A DNA stretch of 63,464 nt, counting the filler, from Octopus bimaculoides (Eukaryota), in assembly GCF_001194135.2 (NCBI RefSeq). It is 5 parts of 5 records of this genome, joined end to end, with 100 filler letters (N's around TTAATTAATTAA, not from the genome) between each part and the next. Parts side by side here need not be neighbours in the genome. Positions count along the whole stretch, not along the records: positions 58,379 to 63,464 come from NC_069007.1; 4 more parts are not named here. The stretch is one strand, 5' to 3'. Below the pieces are notes generated by a model. It did not search any database, had not been told where the DNA came from, and was given only the letters and a program-made list of their open reading frames with translations. The position numbers were made by a program, and so were the translations under genes. Below are positions 63,326 to 63,464 of this stretch, in pieces. Positions within the stretch are counted from its first letter, which is position 1; each line of letters opens with the position of its first letter.

Positions 63326-63464
63326 ATTTTATGTGGGCTGTTCCAGTTGCTCCAGGCCAAAGTTAATATAAATCAGATGAAACTAAAATGGAGAGATCTT
63401 GATTATTAACCACCATATTTCAATCCTTTAAGCTAATCTCTCTTTTCTCTATGTTGTTTCCTAC

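Overview
AT-rich, microsatellite- and repeat-dense animal DNA. The repeat families suggest an octopus or other coleoid cephalopod; this is inferred from pattern recognition, no database search was run. The window is stitched from five blocks by four artificial 100-bp linkers (44 N + TTAATTAATTAA + 44 N) and contains many N gaps, so long-range order is unproven. Two host genes are partly present, both on the minus strand: the last two coding exons of FBXO45/Fsn (SPRY C-terminus; 30091-30016 and 23925-23816) and the first coding exon of an alpha-neurexin (signal peptide, LNS1, EGF1; 52071-51351). The rest is degraded transposons: at least three tRNA-derived SINE families, a (GAT)n-tailed retroposon, fragments of Tx1/L1, RTE, CR1-like and R4/Dong LINEs, mariner and Tc1 relics, and MITE-like hairpins. 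The most unusual observations are: minimal Penelope-type hammerhead ribozyme motifs in up to three different repeats, one fused behind a tRNA-like head; a 1.16-kb palindrome made of two Tx1 LINE 3' ends; a SINE sharing its 3' tail with that Tx1 LINE; a partial duplication of the FBXO45 terminal exon and 3'UTR; and two candidate acceptors for the neurexin first coding exon that include or skip two uORFs.
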